Source: an uncultured Sediminibacterium sp.
GTDB taxonomy: Bacteria > Bacteroidota > Bacteroidia > Chitinophagales > Chitinophagaceae
Length of the DNA stretch: 64,000 bases
Reading direction: 5' to 3'
NCBI GenBank assembly: GCA_964460235.1
Contig: CAYWPM010000009.1
Coordinates: 28,189 to 92,188 of the forward strand
The notes under the pieces: generated by a model
Told to the model about the DNA's origin: nothing
What the model saw: the letters and a program-made list of their open reading frames with translations, nothing else
Database searches by the model: none
Part shown: one piece after another, positions 1 through 9,835 of the stretch
How positions within the stretch are numbered: position 1 is the stretch's first letter
Layout of the letters: each line of letters begins with the position of its first letter
Made by a program: the position numbers and the translations under genes

Positions 1-1503
1 CATGTTCAGCTGGTTCTTACCTTTTTTGCCGATCAGCTCATCAATAGGCACAGGTTCGTAACTCAGGTATTGTGCACTCAGCAGGTCCATGCTGCGCCGG
101 CCCTCCGGCTCTATGACATAGTGGGCGAGCATGGTATCAAAAATATTTCCGGCCAGCTCTTTCCCGTACCATTTCAATACGAGCATATCGTATTTCAGGT
201 TCTGTCCCACCCAGGTGATCTGTTTGTTACTGAACAGCGGATCAAACTGGTCAAGGATCTTGTGGGTGGCTTTCTGGTCTGCGGGACAAGGGATATAAAA
301 GGCTTCTCCTGGCCGATAAGAAAAACTCATGCCTACCAGTTCAGCGTCGTTGGCGTCGATATTGGTGGTCTCCGTGTCAAAGCAGATCTCTTTCTGTTGT
401 AACAGGGTCTTTACCAGGTCATCGATCGCGTCTTTTCCTTCTACCAGTTGGTAGTTGTGTTGGGTGTTATGGATATTCTTCTCTGCCAGCAGTCCGGCGC
501 TTTCTTCTCCCATGAGAACGGGTGCCGCTTCTTTTTTAGACGCTGATTCCTTTTTTCCCTGCGAAGGAACATGGTTACCAAAGAGGTCTGTTTGAATAGA
601 TTGCGGAGCTGCATGAAAAGCGTTGAACTCATCGCCCAGGATCCGTTTACCCAATGTTTTGAATTCCAGTTCTGTGAACACTTCCACCAGGGCCTCCTTA
701 TTCCATTCTTTCAGGCGATAATCCTCTTCATGGAACTCTACCGGAACATTGGTGATGATGGTGGCCAGTTTTTTACTGACGATGGCCAGCTCTTTCCCGT
801 TCCGCACTTTTTCTCCCAAAGCACCCTTGATGTTATCTGCGTTGGCAAGGATATTCTCCAGCGTATCATATTCCTTCAGCAACTTGGCGGCTGTCTTTTC
901 TCCTACACCGGGTATGCCGGGTATATTGTCCACCGCATCTCCCATCAGGCCCAGCATATCTACCACCTGTTCTACGCGTTTGATATCCCATTTCTCACAG
1001 ATCTTTTCTGCCGTCAGGATCTCCTCCGCATTTCCGAATGCCGGTGGTTTATAGATATATACATGCGGGTGTATCAGTAGCTGTCCATAGTCCTTGTCTG
1101 GCGTGACCATGTATACTTCATACCCTTTATCGGCTGCCTGCCAGGCTACGGTCCCGATCACATCGTCGGCCTCATAGCCATCCAGTTCCACTACGGGTAT
1201 ATTGAATCCCTTGATGATCCTTTTGATATCCGGAATGGCATCCAACAGGTCTTCCGGCGCTTCCTGGCGGTTGGCCTTGTAATCGGTGAAGTCTACATGT
1301 CGCTCAGTGGGTGCATGCGTATCGAAACAGACCGCCAGGTGCGTGGGTTTTTCTTTGTTGATGAGTTCGAACAGTGTGTTGGTGAACCCGAACTGTGCAT
1401 TGGTGTTCCTTCCCTTGGAAGTGATACGGGGATTGCGGATCAACGCATAATATGCCCGGTAGATCAATGCCAGCGCGTCTAGCAGAAATAGTTTCTTACC
1501 CAT
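1..1503 (-). CDS. polA: DNA polymerase I, N-terminal part (runs off the left edge)
   Basis: Not in the ORF track because it has no stop in the window. Manual translation from ATG at 1503 gives MGKKLFLLDALALIYRAYYA...DYKANRQ...GYEADDVIGT...VTPDKDYGQL, the PolA 5'-3' exonuclease motifs. Confidence 0.95.
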   Translation of the reverse strand, partial: MGKKLFLLDALALIYRAYYALIRNPRITSKGRNTNAQFGFTNTLFELINKEKPTHLAVCFDTHAPTERHVDFTDYKANRQEAPEDLLDAIPDIKRIIKGFNIPVVELDGYEADDVIGTVAWQAADKGYEVYMVTPDKDYGQLLIHPHVYIYKPPAFGNAEEILTAEKICEKWDIKRVEQVVDMLGLMGDAVDNIPGIPGVGEKTAAKLLKEYDTLENILANADNIKGALGEKVRNGKELAIVSKKLATIITNVPVEFHEEDYRLKEWNKEALVEVFTELEFKTLGKRILGDEFNAFHAAPQSIQTDLFGNHVPSQGKKESASKKEAAPVLMGEESAGLLAEKNIHNTQHNYQLVEGKDAIDDLVKTLLQQKEICFDTETTNIDANDAELVGMSFSYRPGEAFYIPCPADQKATHKILDQFDPLFSNKQITWVGQNLKYDMLVLKWYGKELAGNIFDTMLAHYVIEPEGRRSMDLLSAQYLSYEPVPIDELIGKKGKNQLNM

Positions 1504-1569
1504 GGGGCTAAGGTAGTAAATGCAGGTGATAGTCCATAGTGCACCAGGAAGAGCGGCGGGCAGGAAAAT

Positions 1570-1600
1570 AAAAAACCTCCGGGATCTCCGGAGGTCTTTT
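1570..1600 (-). terminator. Intrinsic terminator after the amidohydrolase pair
   Basis: ACCTCCGG/CCGGAGGT stem flanked by A and T runs. Confidence 0.7.
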
Positions 1601-1617
1601 CTTCTATCGGTATTGTT

Positions 1618-2958
1618 CTATTTGATACCGTATTTATACTTATAGCGTTCGTAGAGTTGTCTTTGTTTGTTATCGAGACTGACCTGGCGTCCCTGGATGA
1701 AGGCATCGGTCACGGTGCTGCTCTTCATATCCAGCAGGTCGCCCTCGCTGATCACGATATTGGCGTCCTTACCAGCTTCGAGTGAACCGGTCCTGTCGGC
1801 GATCCCCAGGATCTTGGCCGCGTTGAGCGTGATGGCCTGTAAAGCCTGCTCTTTGGTCAGGCCATAGGTAGCGGCAGTGCCTGCATTGTAGGAAAGGTTA
1901 CGGTAGCGCGCGTTATCGCTGCCATCGTTCAGTGCAAACAATACACCGGCTTTCTGTAATACGGCGGGTGTCTTGTAAGGCTGGTCTATGTCATCATCCT
2001 CTGTGGCGGGCAATGCATGCTGCTCGTTCAGGATAACGGCAATATTATTGGCTTTCAGCAGGTCTGCTATCTGGAAGCTTTCACTGCCGCCTACGATCGC
2101 TACATCAAAACCAAACTCTTTTACGAAGTCTATGGCTACCAGCATCTGTTTTACCTGGTCGCCATGAACAAAGAGCTTTTGTTTTTTATCGAAGAGTTTA
2201 CGCAACGCTTCGAATTTCAGGTTCACGTTTTCGTGTGTGGGTTCCTGCAGGTAGGCTTTTGCCTGGCGGAAGAAAGATTTGATCTCTTCTACCTTATCCA
2301 GTGCTGCTTTGGCAGGATCTGCCGGTGCGTTGATGCTGATGCCGAGCTGCGCCAGTAGGGCCGGAGGAATACCACCACCCCTTCTGCCGCCAAAACGGTT
2401 GATGAAACTGGGCATGCTTACATGAAGACCGCCGTCCATATTGTATGCGGCATCTTCCCAGTTCCATGCGTCAAGCTGAACAACGGTGGAGGAACCACTC
2501 ACTGATCCGCCGGCCGGAACAATATTGGCCAGCAGGATACCATTGGAACGTAATACGCCGATCACGCGGGAGTCGGTGTTATATGCAGTGATGGAACGGA
2601 TATTGGAATTGTACTCGCCCAGTTCCGAAAAATCATTACTGGCGCGTACACCTGCACCGATCTCTTTCAGACCCACATCGGTTGCGGGAAGGATCAGGCC
2701 GGGATATACATGTTTGCCCTTGGCATCTATCACGGTTGCCCCGGCAGCCGCTGTGATATTGGTGCCCACATTGGTGATCCTGGATTGGTTGATCTCGATG
2801 GTGGCATTTTCCAGAACGGTCCCGTTACCTACGTGAACGGTTCCGTTGGTGATATAGATACGGCCCTTGTTCTCTTTGGCCGGGTATACAACTTCCTGTG
2901 CCTTGGTTAAACCGGCGACCAGAAGTAATACGCTGAGTGTGCTGAATATTTTTTTCAT
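1618..2958 (-). CDS. Secreted amidohydrolase-family protein
   Basis: Signal peptide; IDAKGKHVYPGLI and GSLEAGKDANIVI amidohydrolase motifs. The metal-binding HxH is not visible. Confidence 0.85.
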   Translation of the reverse strand: MKKIFSTLSVLLLVAGLTKAQEVVYPAKENKGRIYITNGTVHVGNGTVLENATIEINQSRITNVGTNITAAAGATVIDAKGKHVYPGLILPATDVGLKEIGAGVRASNDFSELGEYNSNIRSITAYNTDSRVIGVLRSNGILLANIVPAGGSVSGSSTVVQLDAWNWEDAAYNMDGGLHVSMPSFINRFGGRRGGGIPPALLAQLGISINAPADPAKAALDKVEEIKSFFRQAKAYLQEPTHENVNLKFEALRKLFDKKQKLFVHGDQVKQMLVAIDFVKEFGFDVAIVGGSESFQIADLLKANNIAVILNEQHALPATEDDDIDQPYKTPAVLQKAGVLFALNDGSDNARYRNLSYNAGTAATYGLTKEQALQAITLNAAKILGIADRTGSLEAGKDANIVISEGDLLDMKSSTVTDAFIQGRQVSLDNKQRQLYERYKYKYGIK

Positions 2959-2969
2959 AATCTGTCGGT

Positions 2970-5900
2970 TTATTTGTTGAGGGTTTCGGCGTCTTCGGTA
3001 TGGATGGTATACAAACCATCTTTGTGGTCATGGTCGCCGCAGCTTAACAGTACCTGGAAGCTGGGTTCTGCTGGCCTTACCGGACCACCGCTTCTTTTCT
3101 CACCGATCATCTTCTGTGTCAGGCGGAACCTTTCACTGCTGATCTTCTTGCGCTGCTCTGCGTCTTTCTCCCTGTCGAAGTATACGATACCGTCAACAAT
3201 TGTCTTTTCTGATTTGGCATAGATGCTCAGCGGGTTGTCGCTCCAGATCACGATGTCTGCATCTTTACCGGCTTTCAGGCTTCCTACCTTATCATCTACG
3301 TGCAGGGCTTTGGCCGGGTTCAGGGTTACCATTTTCAGGGCATCTTCTTCAGATACACCACCATAACGTACCACTTTACCTGCTTCCTGGTTGAGGCGAC
3401 GGGCCATTTCCGCATCGTCTGAATTGATACAAACATTCAGACCCACTTTGTGCATGATGGCAGCATTGTAGGCGATGGCATCAGTAACCTCTACCTTATA
3501 ATAATACCAGTCAGAGAAAGTAGAAGCGCTGGATCCCTGTGCCTTCATCTTATCGGCCACTTTATATCCTTCCAGGATATGCGTGAATGTGTTGAATTTG
3601 AAGCCATATTTATCACCGATTCGCAGGGCGGCAGTGATCTCACTCTGCACATAAGAGTGACAGGTAATGAAACGTTTCTTATTCATGATCTCAACCAGCG
3701 CATCCAGTTCCAGGTCACGTTTGGTCTTAGGATCGGTCTTCAGTGCTTTCTCATAATCCTTTGCACGTGCAAAGGCGTCGTTCAGCACTTCTTCCACACC
3801 CATACGGGTATCCGGGAAACGGTTGTTGCTGGTAGAAGTGGTTCTTTTCACGTTCTCGCCCAGCGCAAACTTGATAAAGCCATCAGCACCTTTGAACTTC
3901 AGGTCTTCATCATTCGCACCCCAGCGCAGTTTGATGAGCTGTGTTTGTCCGCCGATGGTGTTGGCAGAACCGTGCAGGATATGAGAAGAGGTAACACCAC
4001 CGCTTAACTGACGGTAGATATTGATGTCCTCTGGGTTCAGGTTGTCTGCGATCCTCACCTCAGAAGTTACGGATTGTCCGCCTTCGTTGATGGAGGATGC
4101 GGCAATATGTGAGTGTTCGTCAATGATGCCGGCAGTTACGTGTTTACCGGTAGCATCGATCACTTTCGCGCTAGCGTCTGTGATGTTCTTGCCCACTTTG
4201 GCGATCTTGCCGTCTTTCACCAATACATCGGCATTCTCCAGTTTGCCTTCTTTTTCGTTGGTCCAAACAGTTGCATTTTTGATCAACAGGTTTTCCTGCT
4301 TAGGTGCTTCTTCCCAACCATAGCCATCAAACGGAAACGTTACTTTCGATAAACGCTGTGGAATATTCGGACGTCTTCTGGCCGATGAGTCTGTAGCAGC
4401 AGTTCCTGAAGAGACAAAGGATGCGGTCCAGGTGATCTTGTGACCGGCGGTATCTTCTCCGTATCCGTTCCAGTTATTGCCATTGGCCACACCACTTAAA
4501 CGGTATTGCGCTGCTGCAGCGCCACCGCGTGCACCACCAAATCCGCCGCCGCCCATAGGAGCTCCAGCTGCAGGTCTTCTGGCGGGTACGGTAGAGAAAC
4601 TCAGTTTCACCTGTTTGCCGTCAAAGCTGAACTTGCCGGTAAGGGTATCTTTTCCGATCACGTTGGCAGCAGCGGCACTTTTCACGTCGAGACTATAGGT
4701 AACGGCGCCTGAAGGAGTGTTCAGGGTAAGGTTATAGATCCCTTTCACATCATACCAGGCATCTTCCTTCACACCATATTTATCTCCCTGGATCCAGTTT
4801 TGTAAGATGGTGGTCTTTTCTGAGAACACCGGTCCGTTGGTGATCAGGAAATTGGCCAGTTTGCCGGTCTCTAGGCTACCTACTTTATCGTACACACCCA
4901 ATAAGGTAGCGGGTGTTTTTGTAAGGGCTTCCATGGCTTTTGTCTCCGAAAGACCCATTTCAATCGCTTTACGCAGGTTGGTCATGAACTGCCTGGCATC
5001 GCGCAGGTCTGCTGTGGTGAGACAGAAAGGGATATTCGCTTTTTCAAAAGCGGCAGGATTGGTGGGTGCCAGTTCCCAGTGTTTCATATCGCCCAGGGAT
5101 ACCGAACGTGCATCGTTGGGGTCTTCCACATCCATTGCCTGTGGAAAGTTGAGTGATAAGATATAGGCGCTCTTGGTTCCGGCGATCTCTTTGATACGCT
5201 GGTATTCATTACCGCCGCCCTTGATGATATATTGTGTACCGAATTCTTTCGCGATCCTGTCGGCACGCAGGTCGTTCCATTTGTCTTCTGCTTCGAAGAT
5301 CTGTGGAAGCGACTGGTTGTCGTTCCATGCCTGCAGTGAAAGGTTCACCCCTTCTTTGGCCGGTTTGTTCTTGTACCACTGCGCATCCAGGTAGGTCTGG
5401 CGAAGCAGGGCGATGGAACCCATCATACTGCTGGGGTAACTCTGCGTGGACGTACCGCGGTTGAATGAATAATGAGCCGATGCTCTTTCTTTCAGCATTA
5501 CCAGGTTCTCGTTCTGGTTGGCGAGGGTAACCACGGTTCCGGTTCCGCGGGCGATACCATCCTTTACATGGGTCAGTACGGCACCGAAACCGATATCGCG
5601 GTAAGACCTGGCTTTGGCATCATCCACAGAGAAAACCTTGGCAGCATCTGTTTCGGGTTTGATGGCCTGGTTCCATCCATAGGCACCCTTGGTATTGGAA
5701 CTGATCTGTGCTGGTGCGTTGAAGTTGAAACCACCCATGGACCGCTGTGGCGCAGCGATACCATAATCACTATAGATATCTATGAAAGAAGGATAGATAT
5801 ACTTGTCCTTACAGTCCACCACTACCGCATCTTTCGGTATCACGATACCCGTAGTGCCTACGGCAACGATCTTACCGTCGCGGATCACCAGGGTGGCGTT

Positions 5901-6056
5901 GTTGAGGGTGTTCTGGGCATTGGTGACGATGGTGGCGTTCGTAAAAGCATAACAGCCTTCGCGTTTGTCAGCCACCCCGTTCACTGGGAATGTTTCCTGG
6001 GCCTGCAGCAATGCAGCAAACAGCAACCCGGAAAACAGGAGCTTGATTTTTCTCAT
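2970..6056 (-). CDS. Secreted two-domain amidohydrolase-family protein
   Basis: Signal peptide; two repeats of the fold; AGIIDEHSH in the second domain; GSLKAGKDADIVIW. Confidence 0.85.
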   Translation of the reverse strand: MRKIKLLFSGLLFAALLQAQETFPVNGVADKREGCYAFTNATIVTNAQNTLNNATLVIRDGKIVAVGTTGIVIPKDAVVVDCKDKYIYPSFIDIYSDYGIAAPQRSMGGFNFNAPAQISSNTKGAYGWNQAIKPETDAAKVFSVDDAKARSYRDIGFGAVLTHVKDGIARGTGTVVTLANQNENLVMLKERASAHYSFNRGTSTQSYPSSMMGSIALLRQTYLDAQWYKNKPAKEGVNLSLQAWNDNQSLPQIFEAEDKWNDLRADRIAKEFGTQYIIKGGGNEYQRIKEIAGTKSAYILSLNFPQAMDVEDPNDARSVSLGDMKHWELAPTNPAAFEKANIPFCLTTADLRDARQFMTNLRKAIEMGLSETKAMEALTKTPATLLGVYDKVGSLETGKLANFLITNGPVFSEKTTILQNWIQGDKYGVKEDAWYDVKGIYNLTLNTPSGAVTYSLDVKSAAAANVIGKDTLTGKFSFDGKQVKLSFSTVPARRPAAGAPMGGGGFGGARGGAAAAQYRLSGVANGNNWNGYGEDTAGHKITWTASFVSSGTAATDSSARRRPNIPQRLSKVTFPFDGYGWEEAPKQENLLIKNATVWTNEKEGKLENADVLVKDGKIAKVGKNITDASAKVIDATGKHVTAGIIDEHSHIAASSINEGGQSVTSEVRIADNLNPEDINIYRQLSGGVTSSHILHGSANTIGGQTQLIKLRWGANDEDLKFKGADGFIKFALGENVKRTTSTSNNRFPDTRMGVEEVLNDAFARAKDYEKALKTDPKTKRDLELDALVEIMNKKRFITCHSYVQSEITAALRIGDKYGFKFNTFTHILEGYKVADKMKAQGSSASTFSDWYYYKVEVTDAIAYNAAIMHKVGLNVCINSDDAEMARRLNQEAGKVVRYGGVSEEDALKMVTLNPAKALHVDDKVGSLKAGKDADIVIWSDNPLSIYAKSEKTIVDGIVYFDREKDAEQRKKISSERFRLTQKMIGEKRSGGPVRPAEPSFQVLLSCGDHDHKDGLYTIHTEDAETLNK

Positions 6057-6162
6057 GATTATATTGTTGGTTTTGGAAGAGTACTAAAACTACTGAAATC
6101 GGTTAATTGTGAAAACCATTCATCATAAATTCGGTAAAGTCGGTTTCTGGTCGGTGAGCCGG

Positions 6163-7188
6163 CTACTTCTTAAAAGTGCCCGCATCCACATCCTTGATAA
6201 AACTGATCAGTCCCGGGAAATAAGTAGGCTGGTCATCCCACATGGCACCGTGGCTACCATTGGGACAGATCACGCTTCTGCCCTGTTGCACCTGAGTGGC
6301 CATCCATTTCATGTGTTCGGGATCCATGGTGTCGTGTTTGCCGCCGATGGTCAGAGTGGGCACTTTTATTTTAGGAAGGTCCTTGCTCCGGTCCCAATTG
6401 GCCAATCTTCCGGAGATACCGAACTCTGAGGGGCCCTGCATCATCGTATAGATTTCTCCATTCATATGGGGGAAGGCTCGCTGAACTGCATTCGGCCAGG
6501 GTTTCACGCGGCAGAGATGTGCTTCATAAAAGCCGGTCAGGAGTTCCATGTATTTCGGATCGGTATAAGCGCCCCTGGCTTCCATGGCACGTACCGTGTC
6601 CACCACTTTTGGATCCATCTGTTTGGCCAACACTTCTCTTGCGTACTTGCCATATTCCGGGCAGCTGCTCATCATATTGCTGATGATCAGTCCTTTGATA
6701 TGATCCTGGTATTTCAATGCATACTCCATGGCAAGGATCCCGCCCCAGCTGTGCCCCAGCAGATAAAAATTATCTTTATTCAGACCCAGTGCTTTCCGTA
6801 CCTGCTCCACTTCCTCTACAAAACGTTCGGTGGTCCAGAGGCTGCTATCCTTGGGCTGTTCGCTGAAGTACGAGCCTAACTGGTCGTATTCGTAGAACTC
6901 TATTCCCTCCTGCGGCAGAAAACTTTCAAAGGATTCAAAGAATTCATGTGTACCGCCCGGACCGCCGTGCAGTAGCAACACTTTGATCTTGGGGTTATTG
7001 CCAAAACGTTTGGTCCACACGTTGAATTTACCAACGGGGGTTTCTATGGGTATGAGTTTTACACCACCGGTCTGTATACCTGTGTCAACAATGGCATGGT
7101 AATCTTTTACAGAGAGTGCGTTGCTGTCTGTTTGTTTACAGGAAAACAATAACAGTACCAGCCCGAGCAGGGTGAGCATAGGTTTCAT
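6163..7188 (-). CDS. Proline iminopeptidase-family alpha/beta hydrolase (lipoprotein)
   Basis: LLHGGPG, YDQLGS and GHSWGG nucleophile motifs; LLFSC lipobox; start taken at MKPMLT. Confidence 0.88.
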   Translation of the reverse strand: MKPMLTLLGLVLLLFSCKQTDSNALSVKDYHAIVDTGIQTGGVKLIPIETPVGKFNVWTKRFGNNPKIKVLLLHGGPGGTHEFFESFESFLPQEGIEFYEYDQLGSYFSEQPKDSSLWTTERFVEEVEQVRKALGLNKDNFYLLGHSWGGILAMEYALKYQDHIKGLIISNMMSSCPEYGKYAREVLAKQMDPKVVDTVRAMEARGAYTDPKYMELLTGFYEAHLCRVKPWPNAVQRAFPHMNGEIYTMMQGPSEFGISGRLANWDRSKDLPKIKVPTLTIGGKHDTMDPEHMKWMATQVQQGRSVICPNGSHGAMWDDQPTYFPGLISFIKDVDAGTFKK

Positions 7189-7228
7189 AGCAGAATCGTT
7201 TAGGAAACCTAAGTTATCCAATAATTGA

Positions 7229-9097
7229 TTAACGGCCCATATAAACCATCAGGATCTGTACATCGCTGGGGTTCACCCCGCTGATGCGGCTTGCCTGGCC
7301 GAGGGTGGCTGGTCTGATCTTCTTGAATTTCTGTAAGGCTTCGTTGGAGAGGGCGTTCACCTTGTCATAATCAAAAACCGGCGGAATGGCCATGTTCTCC
7401 AGCTGGCTCATCCTGTCAACGATCTCCTGCTCCTTTTCAATATAGCGTTCGTATTTGATCTGGATCTCTGCCTGCTCCAGTGAGTCGGCTTGGTGCATCG
7501 CTAACGCAGCCTGTAAGGTTGGAACTGAGTTAAGCAAAGATGGCAGATCAACATTAGGACGTAAGAGCAGTTTGGCGATCTTTTGTTTCTCGGATACCGG
7601 TGCCGAACCGATGCTTTCGAAATAAGGATTCACCTGTTCCGGTTCTGCGCTGGTATCAGACAGTGTTTTTTTGATGGAACCCACTTCGTTCTTCTTGCGC
7701 GTCACTTCTGCCATCCTTTCGTCTGAAGCTAGGCCGAGTGTATGGCTGATCTCTGTCAGGCGCAGATCGGCGTTGTCCTGGCGCAGCAGCGTGCGGAACT
7801 CGGCGCGGCTCGTAAACATACGATAGGGTTCTTCGGTGCCCTTGCTGATCAGGTCGTCGATCAATACACCGATATAGGCTTCACTTCTTTTCAGGATCAA
7901 CGGCTCCAGGCCTTTGGCGTTCTGGTGTGCGTTGATACCGGCCATCAGTCCCTGGCAGGCAGCTTCCTCGTAACCGGTGGTTCCATTGATCTGTCCGGCA
8001 AAGAACAGGTTGGCCAGGTTCTTGGTCTCCAGGGAATATTTCAATTGTGTAGGTGGGAAGTAGTCGTATTCGATAGCATACCCCGGGCGGAAGATGCGGA
8101 CGTTCTCAAAGCCCGGAACAATACGAAGGGCTTCGTATTGAACTTCTTCCGGTAAGGAAGTGGAGAAGCCATTCACATAGATCTCGACCGTGTTCCATCC
8201 TTCCGGCTCCACAAACAGCTGGTGACGGTCGCGGTCTGCAAAACGGTTGATCTTGTCCTCGATGCTGGGGCAGTACCTAGGACCGATACCTTCAATTCTT
8301 CCCTGGAACATCGGGCTCCTGTCGAAACCGGTTTTCAGGATATCATGAACGGTATCGTTGGTGTAGGTGATCCAGCAGCTTCTTTGTGCTTCCGGTTTGA
8401 TGCGGGGTGTATTGATGTAAGAGAATCCAACGATCTCATCGTCACCCTTCTGTTCCTCCATTTTGCTGTAGTCGAGGCTGCGGCCGTCTACCCTGGGCGG
8501 TGTTCCGGTTTTCAGACGATCGCTCTCAAAACCATATTCCACCAGTTGTTCGGTAATACCGGTTGCGGCTTTTTCGGCAACCCTGCCTCCGCCGAACTGT
8601 TTCTCACCAATATGGATGATACCATTTAAAAAGGTTCCACTGGTCACCACCACAGACTTTGCCTTTACCTCGTGACCCAGACCGGTCACTACGCCACAGG
8701 CTTTGTTTCCTTTGATGATGATGGAGCGGACCATGTCCTGGTAAAAATCCACGTTCGGGGTTTTCTCCAGCATCTCGCGCCAGGTGGCTGCAAAGAGCAT
8801 ACGGTCGTTCTGGGTACGGGGGCTCCACATGGCGGGTCCCTTACTCCGGTTCAACATCCGGAACTGGATCGTACTCAGATCGCTGACGATCCCGCTGTAA
8901 CCACCCATGGCATCGATCTCCCGAACGATCTGTCCTTTGGCAATTCCACCCATGGCCGGGTTACAGCTCATCTGGGCGATGGTCTGCATGTTCATGGTCA
9001 CCAGCAACACTTTGCTGCCCATATTGGCGGCAGCAGCGGCAGCCTCACATCCGGCGTGCCCGGCGCCTACAACGATCACATCATATTCAGGAAACAT
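7229..9097 (-). CDS. mnmG: tRNA uridine-5-carboxymethylaminomethyl modification enzyme MnmG (GidA)
   Basis: VIVVGAGHAGCEAA, MSCNPAMGG, GPRYCPSIEDK and AGQINGTTGYEEAA motifs. Confidence 0.98.
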   Translation of the reverse strand: MFPEYDVIVVGAGHAGCEAAAAAANMGSKVLLVTMNMQTIAQMSCNPAMGGIAKGQIVREIDAMGGYSGIVSDLSTIQFRMLNRSKGPAMWSPRTQNDRMLFAATWREMLEKTPNVDFYQDMVRSIIIKGNKACGVVTGLGHEVKAKSVVVTSGTFLNGIIHIGEKQFGGGRVAEKAATGITEQLVEYGFESDRLKTGTPPRVDGRSLDYSKMEEQKGDDEIVGFSYINTPRIKPEAQRSCWITYTNDTVHDILKTGFDRSPMFQGRIEGIGPRYCPSIEDKINRFADRDRHQLFVEPEGWNTVEIYVNGFSTSLPEEVQYEALRIVPGFENVRIFRPGYAIEYDYFPPTQLKYSLETKNLANLFFAGQINGTTGYEEAACQGLMAGINAHQNAKGLEPLILKRSEAYIGVLIDDLISKGTEEPYRMFTSRAEFRTLLRQDNADLRLTEISHTLGLASDERMAEVTRKKNEVGSIKKTLSDTSAEPEQVNPYFESIGSAPVSEKQKIAKLLLRPNVDLPSLLNSVPTLQAALAMHQADSLEQAEIQIKYERYIEKEQEIVDRMSQLENMAIPPVFDYDKVNALSNEALQKFKKIRPATLGQASRISGVNPSDVQILMVYMGR

Positions 9098-9119
9098 AGT
9101 CGGCAAAGATAAATCAGGC

Positions 9120-9737
9120 TTATTGGCCTGCGGTGAATTTTCTAAGGATTTCCCTTTCTAATAAAATGTCGGAAAGCGGGGTGCCCTGGTTCAGACTGGC
9201 CAGTTCCTCCCGGTCCAGGGTACCGATGGTTTCCAGTTTTTCTTTGTTCTCGATGAGGAACTGTTCAATGGCCGGGTGATTCTTTTGACGGGACTCTTCA
9301 ATGCTTTGGATCTTCTCCAGCATTTTCTGGCAAAGTCCAAAACCTGTTGCCTGATACAGGTCCTGGAAATAAGATCGTACAGACAGGATATCGATCCGGC
9401 CTCCCCGGTCCTGTTCAATAGGTTCTACCCGCATATTGACGAAGCTCCAGCAGAGTACCAGGTCTTCCTCCACGGCATAATCAAAATAGGTTGAGGGAAT
9501 GATATGGTCGAACTGCCAGGCTTTCCCGAAGTTCTCCCAGGAGAGCCCTTCCGTGAACTGGCACTCGAACCATTGACGGAGGGTGGCGCTGTCCAGTCCG
9601 AAATAATGGGCATAGGCCTCACTTGGCAGGTTCTCCAGCACATACCTTCTATAGGCCAGTTGCCATTTTCTTTTCTCCCGGGTACGGAGTAAGGAGTCGG
9701 TGATCTCTTCCTGGGGTGTCCATCTTTTTCTTGCCAT
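9120..9737 (-). CDS. Hypothetical protein with HNH-like (endonuclease VII-type) motif
   Basis: Start taken at MARKRWT; contains QFTEGLSWENFGKAWQFDHIIP...CWSFVN. Confidence 0.6.
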   Translation of the reverse strand: MARKRWTPQEEITDSLLRTREKRKWQLAYRRYVLENLPSEAYAHYFGLDSATLRQWFECQFTEGLSWENFGKAWQFDHIIPSTYFDYAVEEDLVLCWSFVNMRVEPIEQDRGGRIDILSVRSYFQDLYQATGFGLCQKMLEKIQSIEESRQKNHPAIEQFLIENKEKLETIGTLDREELASLNQGTPLSDILLEREILRKFTAGQ

Positions 9738-9751
9738 ACCCAAAATTACTG

Positions 9752-9829
9752 TGTTCCGGGGTGAAACTGGGATTCGTGGAACCATTTTTAAAATGAATGT
9801 TCCGGGGTGAAACTGGGATTCGTGGAACC
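9752..9829. repeat. Two perfect 32-bp direct repeats (9752-9783, 9798-9829) with parS-like half-sites
   Basis: TGTTCCGGGGTGAAACTGGGATTCGTGGAACC occurs twice, 14 nt apart. The parS resemblance is partial. Confidence 0.85.
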
Positions 9830-9835
9830 TGGGTC

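Noticed and set aside
70-1482. Plus-strand ORFs of 61-169 aa
   Set aside because: Antisense shadows of polA, which occupies the minus strand but is missing from the ORF track.
9752-9829. Possible mini-CRISPR array
   Set aside because: Only two repeats with a 14-nt spacer, and no cas genes in the window.
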